Of a stretch of DNA of 12,229 nt, positions 8,684 to 12,229 are shown piece by piece. Each line of letters begins with the position of its first letter. Position 1 is the stretch's first letter. This DNA is from an uncultured Pseudomonadota bacterium (GTDB taxonomy: Bacteria > BMS3Abin14). The DNA is taken from contig CAYVSA010000018.1 of the NCBI GenBank assembly GCA_964454175.1, positions 1 to 12,229 of the forward strand, in the 5' to 3' direction. The notes beneath the pieces were generated by a model, which was not told the origin of the DNA, searched no databases, and worked only from the letters and a program-made list of their open reading frames with translations. The position numbers and the translations under genes were made by a program.

Positions 8684-8711
8684 ACAGAAACGCCCGCAAA
8701 AAAAGCGAGCG
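8684..8711 (-). terminator. Putative intrinsic terminator after divIVA
   Basis: Minus strand CGCUCGC-U7-GCGGGCG (7-bp stem with one G-U) followed by UUUCUGU, a short interrupted U-tract. Confidence 0.55.
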
Positions 8712-8727
8712 CGATGATCTTGATTTT

Positions 8728-8762
8728 CACCTGGGACCTGAGTCCTGGAACCAGGGACGGTG
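8728..8762. repeat. Degenerate 7-mer tandem repeat with an internal palindrome
   Basis: cacctgg gacctga gtcctgg aaccagg gacggtg, containing CCTGG-AA-CCAGG at 8744-8755. Confidence 0.5.
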
Positions 8763-8765
8763 GAT

Positions 8766-9275
8766 CTATTCTTTTTCTTTACTCACCAGGTACTTCACGT
8801 TGTCTCCTCTTGCCAGTTCCTCGTCGATGGCATCTGTGCTGATCTTCAGGATCTTCAGGTGGCTCTCGGCAGCAGACTGGATCTGGGTCTCGAACTGCAC
8901 CCTGAGGCGTTTCAGTTCTATGACCTGATCATTGATGGCAGCAACCTTCCGGTGGGCGTCCTCGATCATCTTTTCGGCTTTTAGCTCACCGTCTGACAGG
9001 ATGAGTTCAGCTTCTTTTCTCGCCGAGGCTTTCATGTCCTCTGTGACTTTTTGAGCTGTCATCATGGTCTCTTTCAGAGTCTGTTCCCGCTGCTTGAGCT
9101 CTTCGAACTGATTGGTGAGTCTAGCGAGTTTTTCCTTCACCTTGCTGTTTTCGCGAACGAGGTCCTCGAACTCATTTGCAACCTGCTCGAGAAAAACTTC
9201 TACTTCCCGCGAGTCGTAACCCTTAAATTTGACCCTGAACTGCTGGCTTTGGATATCCAGGGGTGAAAGGCGCAT
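8766..9275 (-). CDS. divIVA: DivIVA-domain cell division/polarity protein
   Basis: N-terminal LSPLDIQSQQFRVKFKGYDSREVEVFLEQV DivIVA motif followed by a long coiled coil (ARKEAELILSDGELKAEKMIEDA). SD AAGGGGGA. Confidence 0.95.
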   Translation of the reverse strand: MRLSPLDIQSQQFRVKFKGYDSREVEVFLEQVANEFEDLVRENSKVKEKLARLTNQFEELKQREQTLKETMMTAQKVTEDMKASARKEAELILSDGELKAEKMIEDAHRKVAAINDQVIELKRLRVQFETQIQSAAESHLKILKISTDAIDEELARGDNVKYLVSKEKE

Positions 9276-9371
9276 TTTACTTCCCCCTTTCTCAAGGTCT
9301 CCCCTGAGGGAGCCCGGTCATCTGATTTAGGGCGGCTGCGTCCTGGCTGCAGCTGCGCAAACCTCCTCGCG

Positions 9372-9671
9372 CTACCTTAGCGAGAGGGCTATTCCCTGGA
9401 GGGTCTGAACCAGGAAGACCCTCAGAAAAATTATCGCCAGAAATGCGATGATAGGCGATATATCCATCATCCCGAAACTTGACGGGATGAATTTTCTTAT
9501 GTAGCGCAGAACCGGCTCTGTGACTCTCAGCAGGAACTGGTAAAGAACATTATACGGGTCCGGTGAGAACCACGATATCACCGCCCTCGCAAAAATGAGG
9601 ATCATATAGATATTCAGAACGATGTCCAGCACCTTTGCCAGGGCCAGAATGAAATTACTGACTACGAACAA
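9372..9671 (-). CDS. yggT: YggT/YlmG family membrane protein
   Basis: ARAVISWFSPDPYN...LLRVTEPVLRYIRKFIP...MDISPIIAFL. TTG start with GGAGGT SD 5 nt upstream. Confidence 0.95.
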   Translation of the reverse strand: MFVVSNFILALAKVLDIVLNIYMILIFARAVISWFSPDPYNVLYQFLLRVTEPVLRYIRKFIPSSFGMMDISPIIAFLAIIFLRVFLVQTLQGIALSLR

Positions 9672-9707
9672 AGTAAACCTCCAGTGATGGTTCAGCTAAT
9701 GGCCATA

Positions 9708-9736
9708 AGTATAAGAGGGATATGGCTTATTGTCAA
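9708..9736 (-). promoter_or_regulatory. Near-consensus sigma70 promoter for yggT-divIVA
   Basis: Minus strand TTGACA (9736-9731), 17-nt spacer, TATACT (9713-9708). Confidence 0.8.
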
Positions 9737-9777
9737 TCAGGCTAAATTTCAAAAGATCTTGAGCACTGTTTACTCAT

Positions 9778-9786
9778 TTTTCCACA
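9778..9786 (+). promoter_or_regulatory. Possible DnaA box
   Basis: TTTTCCACA matches TT(A/T)TNCACA at 9/9. A second 8/9 match, TTTTACACG, lies at 9800-9808. Confidence 0.35.
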
Positions 9787-9835
9787 GCCGCAGGGATTTT
9801 TTTACACGGGCACAAGTTCCAGGCCTCCATATCAC

Positions 9836-9865
9836 TTTACAGGAACGCCGTGCCGGTTATACAGT
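9836..9865 (+). promoter_or_regulatory. Putative promoter for proC
   Basis: TTTACA (9836-9841), 18-nt spacer, TACAGT (9860-9865); or a 16-nt spacer to TATACA. Confidence 0.4.
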
Positions 9866-9904
9866 GGAACCAGTCGCCACCAATAAGCATGAAAGGGGGA
9901 TAAA

Positions 9905-10714
9905 GTGAATTACAGGGAGTCCATCGGTTTCATAGGGGGGGGAAACATGGCTGAGGCGCTTTTGGCGGGGATCGTTCGCAGCGGGATCGTCCCACCGGAC
10001 AAGATCCTCGTGTCAGAGCCTGTACTTGAGCGCCGCAGCCTCCTGAAACTGCACTACGGGATCAGGGTAACAAAAGACAATTACGCAGTGGCAAAAGAGG
10101 CTGGAACGGTCATTTTTGCCGTCAAACCACAGGACCTGCCCGGAGTCATGGAGGAGGTGGGAGACAGTTTTACAGAAATGCAGCTTGCAGTTTCCATCGC
10201 AGCCGGCATCAATCTGCGGTCTCTGGAAAAACGCATGGGCTCTGTCCCGGTGATAAGAGCCATGCCCAACACGCCGGCTCAGTTGGAGGCGGGTGCTACA
10301 GTGATCTCTCCCGGCAGGGGCATAGATAAAAGTATGATTGACTGGACGGCAGCTATTTTCGAATCAGTCGGTATCTGTATTGTCCTCCCGGAGGAGAATA
10401 TGGATGCTGTCACCGGTTTGTCCGGCAGCGGGCCAGCTTACCTTTTCACATTGGCCAGTGCCATGGCGGACGGGGGAGTCAGATCCGGCCTCCCTGAAAA
10501 AGAGGCCGCACTTCTTGCATCGCAGACCCTGTTCGGCGCAGCAAGGATGCTGCTGGAATCTGGCAAAACACCCCGGGAACTGATCAACATGGTGGCATCC
10601 CCAAAAGGCACAACTGTAGCCGGCCTCGAAGTCCTTGAGGAGGGAGGTTTTTCCGAGACCATGGCAAAAGCTGTCGAAGCGGCAGCGGCGAGGTCCAGGG
10701 AGTTGGGGGAATAG
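9905..10714 (+). CDS. proC: Pyrroline-5-carboxylate reductase
   Basis: IGFIGGGNMAEA Rossmann motif, FAVKPQ, VSIAAGI, IRAMPNTPA, VTGLSGSGPAY and VASPKGTT. GTG start with an AAGGGGGA SD. Confidence 0.97.
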   Translation: MNYRESIGFIGGGNMAEALLAGIVRSGIVPPDKILVSEPVLERRSLLKLHYGIRVTKDNYAVAKEAGTVIFAVKPQDLPGVMEEVGDSFTEMQLAVSIAAGINLRSLEKRMGSVPVIRAMPNTPAQLEAGATVISPGRGIDKSMIDWTAAIFESVGICIVLPEENMDAVTGLSGSGPAYLFTLASAMADGGVRSGLPEKEAALLASQTLFGAARMLLESGKTPRELINMVASPKGTTVAGLEVLEEGGFSETMAKAVEAAAARSRELGE

Positions 10715-10981
10715 TGTTGGGAAAGTCTCGTTACCCGCAAGGAAAACATAAAGCAGATACATCAGCCGGGAAAGACCTGCAAACAAACCTGCCGCACCGG
10801 TCGCTCACACCAGGTCTTTAAGGTAGTTACCGTCTGCAGCGTTCCCCAGAAACAGGAACCCGGCAATGGCATACGGCGCCATTTTCCTGAAGGTACGCCT
10901 GCCAGCAGTCACCCGAATGATCGTGTAAAGGTCCCGCCTGTCGAGACAGAACCTGATCGGTTCAGCGCTGCCTTCAGTCAT
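10715..10981 (-). pseudogene. Probable pseudogene: N-terminal two-TM part of a membrane protein (possibly YcxB-like) with an in-frame TGA, truncated at the proC 3' end
   Basis: ATG 10981 overlaps the yggS stop (ATGACTGA). One frame reads MTEGSAEPIRFCLDRRDLY...MAPYAIAGFLFLGNAADGNYLKDLV*ATGAAGLFAGLSRLMYLLYVFLAGNETF, with TGA at 10807-10805 between two hydrophobic segments. The family assignment is tentative. Confidence 0.55.
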
Positions 10982-11666
10982 GCCTGTCACCGAATACTGC
11001 AGTACCTACCCTGACAACCGTAGCCCCCTCCTCCACGGCAACTTCGTAGTCTCCGCTCATGCCCATGGAAAGCTCACGAAACCCGTCTTCACCGAAACCT
11101 CTGCCGGCCAGCTCATCTCTCATCTTCCGGAGTCTTGCGAAGTGGGGTCTGGCATCCTCGGGATCGAGGGTGAGTGGCGGCATAGTCATGAGTCCACAGG
11201 TCGACAGAGCGGTTTCCTCCATGGATGCAGAAACAACTTTTTCGGCCTCATCCGGGCGGCATCCGGATTTTGACCCCTCACCGGACACATTTACCTGGAC
11301 CAGGACCCTGCACTTTTTACCGGCATTATTAAAACGCCTTCCCAGCTCCGCAACAAGCTCGACGGAATCCACGGAGTGTATCCAGTCAAACAGATCAGGA
11401 CAGTACTTAACCTTGTTTTTCTGGAGGTGACCAACGAGGTGCCAGGTTATCTCCTCCGGCAGTACCGGAACTTTAAGACGCGCCTCCTGAACACGGTTTT
11501 CCCCGAAGTGAGCCTGCCCCGCACGCCACGCCGTCTCAATCATCTTCGCCGACCGGGTTTTACTGATAGCAAGGAGCATCACTTCATCCGGGTTCCTGCC
11601 GGACCGCTCTGCCGCGGCAGCTATTTTCTCTTCAAGTTCCTTAATGTTTGAACGTATGTCAGTCAT
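10974..11666 (-). CDS. yggS: Pyridoxal-phosphate homeostasis protein (PLPBP/YggS)
   Basis: LLAISKT (PLP lysine), FGENRVQE, WHLVGHLQKNKVK, IHSVDS, VQVN...SKSG, GLMTMPP and LSMGMSGDYEVAVEEGATVVRVGTAVFG. Confidence 0.97.
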   Translation of the reverse strand: MTDIRSNIKELEEKIAAAAERSGRNPDEVMLLAISKTRSAKMIETAWRAGQAHFGENRVQEARLKVPVLPEEITWHLVGHLQKNKVKYCPDLFDWIHSVDSVELVAELGRRFNNAGKKCRVLVQVNVSGEGSKSGCRPDEAEKVVSASMEETALSTCGLMTMPPLTLDPEDARPHFARLRKMRDELAGRGFGEDGFRELSMGMSGDYEVAVEEGATVVRVGTAVFGDRHD

Positions 11667-11697
11667 GGATATCTATATAGCAGTTGATTAATGTACT

Positions 11698-11753
11698 GTC
11701 CAAGGTCCATGGTCCAAAATCCAAAGTCCAAGATCCAATATCCAAAGTCCGAG
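11698..11753. repeat. Tandem array of eight 7-mers, consensus RTCCAAN
   Basis: gtccaag gtccatg gtccaaa atccaaa gtccaag atccaat atccaaa gtccgag. Confidence 0.9.
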
Positions 11754-11759
11754 GTGATT

Positions 11760-11794
11760 TGCGTGATGCGTAATTAGAAATTGGTGATTAGATA
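11760..11794. repeat. Second, degenerate 7-mer array
   Basis: tgcgtga tgcgtaa ttagaaa ttggtga ttagata. Confidence 0.55.
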
Positions 11795-11797
11795 CAT

Positions 11798-11850
11798 CCC
11801 CTCCCACCTGACACGACAAAGCTTTATGCGAAGGCGGCTCAAGGGAGGGG
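11798..11850. repeat. Palindromic REP/MITE-like element
   Basis: Perfect 8-bp inverted repeat CCCCTCCC(11798-11805)/GGGAGGGG(11843-11850) enclosing 37 nt with an inner hairpin GCTTT-ATGCG-AAGGC. Confidence 0.6.
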
Positions 11851-11860
11851 TGATTACATC

Positions 11861-11892
11861 GACACCTCGATACCTCGACACGCCGATACGTG
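11861..11892. repeat. Tandem 8-mer array
   Basis: gacacctc gatacctc gacacgcc gatacgtg, preceded by the degenerate unit attacatc. Confidence 0.75.
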
Positions 11893-11901
11893 TTTACCAC
11901 C

Positions 11902-11930
11902 TTGACGGCAGGCCGTTCGAGAGTTAAACA
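11902..11930 (+). promoter_or_regulatory. Possible sigma70 promoter for the ferredoxin
   Basis: TTGACG, 17-nt spacer, TAAACA (the -10 lacks the final T). The palindrome ACGGC-AG-GCCGT overlaps the -35 and spacer. Confidence 0.35.
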
Positions 11931-11970
11931 GGACATTATATGACTCGTATCACTTTACCAGGAGGTTGAA

Positions 11971-12216
11971 ATGGCCATTATCATTACTGAAGAGTGTATC
12001 GTCTGCGGTGCCTGTGAACCGGAATGCCCGAATACGGCGATCTCTGAGGGCGAGGATATTTATATCATCGATCCGGCCCTTTGCTCCGAATGCGTGGGCG
12101 CCTACGACGAACCCCAGTGTGCAGCCGTATGTCCGGTGGACTGCTGCATTCCAGATAGTGATCACAAAGAGACACCAGAAGAGCTGCAGAAAAAGTACGA
12201 TAAAATACACAAGTAA
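11971..12216 (+). CDS. YfhL/AlvinFd-type 2[4Fe-4S] ferredoxin
   Basis: CxxCxxCxxxCP (CIVCGACEPECP), then CxxC-x8-CxxxCP (CSECVGAYDEPQCAAVCP) and a C-terminal helix ETPEELQKKY. SD AGGAGG at 11960-11965. Confidence 0.95.
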   Translation: MAIIITEECIVCGACEPECPNTAISEGEDIYIIDPALCSECVGAYDEPQCAAVCPVDCCIPDSDHKETPEELQKKYDKIHK

Positions 12217-12229
12217 CAGTCCCAGGACC

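Noticed and set aside
9276..9371. Small ORF between yggT and divIVA (GGAGG followed by TTG, 22 codons)
   Set aside because: The SD-to-start spacing is about 1 nt and the peptide has no recognisable features.
9841..9856. Sigma54 promoter-like CGGCACGGCGTTCCT on the minus strand
   Set aside because: It lacks the invariant GC at -12.
10364..10714. Continuation of the 140-aa minus ORF through proC
   Set aside because: It is antisense to a well-conserved proC and has an implausible composition; only the part outside proC looks gene-like.
9740..10730. Recombinase-driven invertible switch around proC
   Set aside because: I found no matching inverted repeats at the two junctions and no invertase gene in the window.
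10805..10807. TGA recoding as Trp/Gly (alternative genetic code)
   Set aside because: ClC, pcrA, yggU and yggS all end at TGA at their expected C-termini, so TGA is a stop in this genome.
11698..11892. CRISPR array
   Set aside because: Units are 7-8 nt and contiguous, with no unique spacers and no cas genes.
11688..11936. 82-aa minus-strand ORF ending LGLWILDLGLWILDHGPWTVH
   Set aside because: It is a translation of the non-coding 7-mer and 8-mer arrays, with no SD or recognisable domain.
210..12210. Remaining short alternative-frame and antisense ORFs in the ORF track
   Set aside because: They lie within confidently assigned genes and are the shadow ORFs expected in GC-rich DNA.

Overview
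A GC-rich chromosomal window with a deltaproteobacterial (Desulfobacterota-like) gene order; the taxonomy is inferred. On the + strand, three overlapping genes encode a ClC-CBS anion transporter, a PcrA/UvrD helicase and an exported thioredoxin-like protein. They converge on a - strand run: yggS, a broken membrane-protein gene, yggT, divIVA, yggU/DUF167, a membrane-anchored MA-clan Zn peptidase, a PEGA protein and a Kelch lipoprotein. proC sits between yggS and yggT but on the + strand. A YfhL-type ferredoxin ends the window. Most notable: (1) a four-gene coupled envelope module (yggU-peptidase-PEGA-Kelch) with its own apparent promoter; (2) an in-frame ~250-bp AT-rich patch (~35% GC vs ~65% flanks) inside the Kelch gene; (3) proC inverted within the otherwise conserved cluster, next to a nonsense-interrupted, truncated gene; (4) stacked 7-mer, 8-mer and palindromic repeats between yggS and the ferredoxin. 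No rRNA, tRNA, CRISPR array, transposase or integrase was seen.
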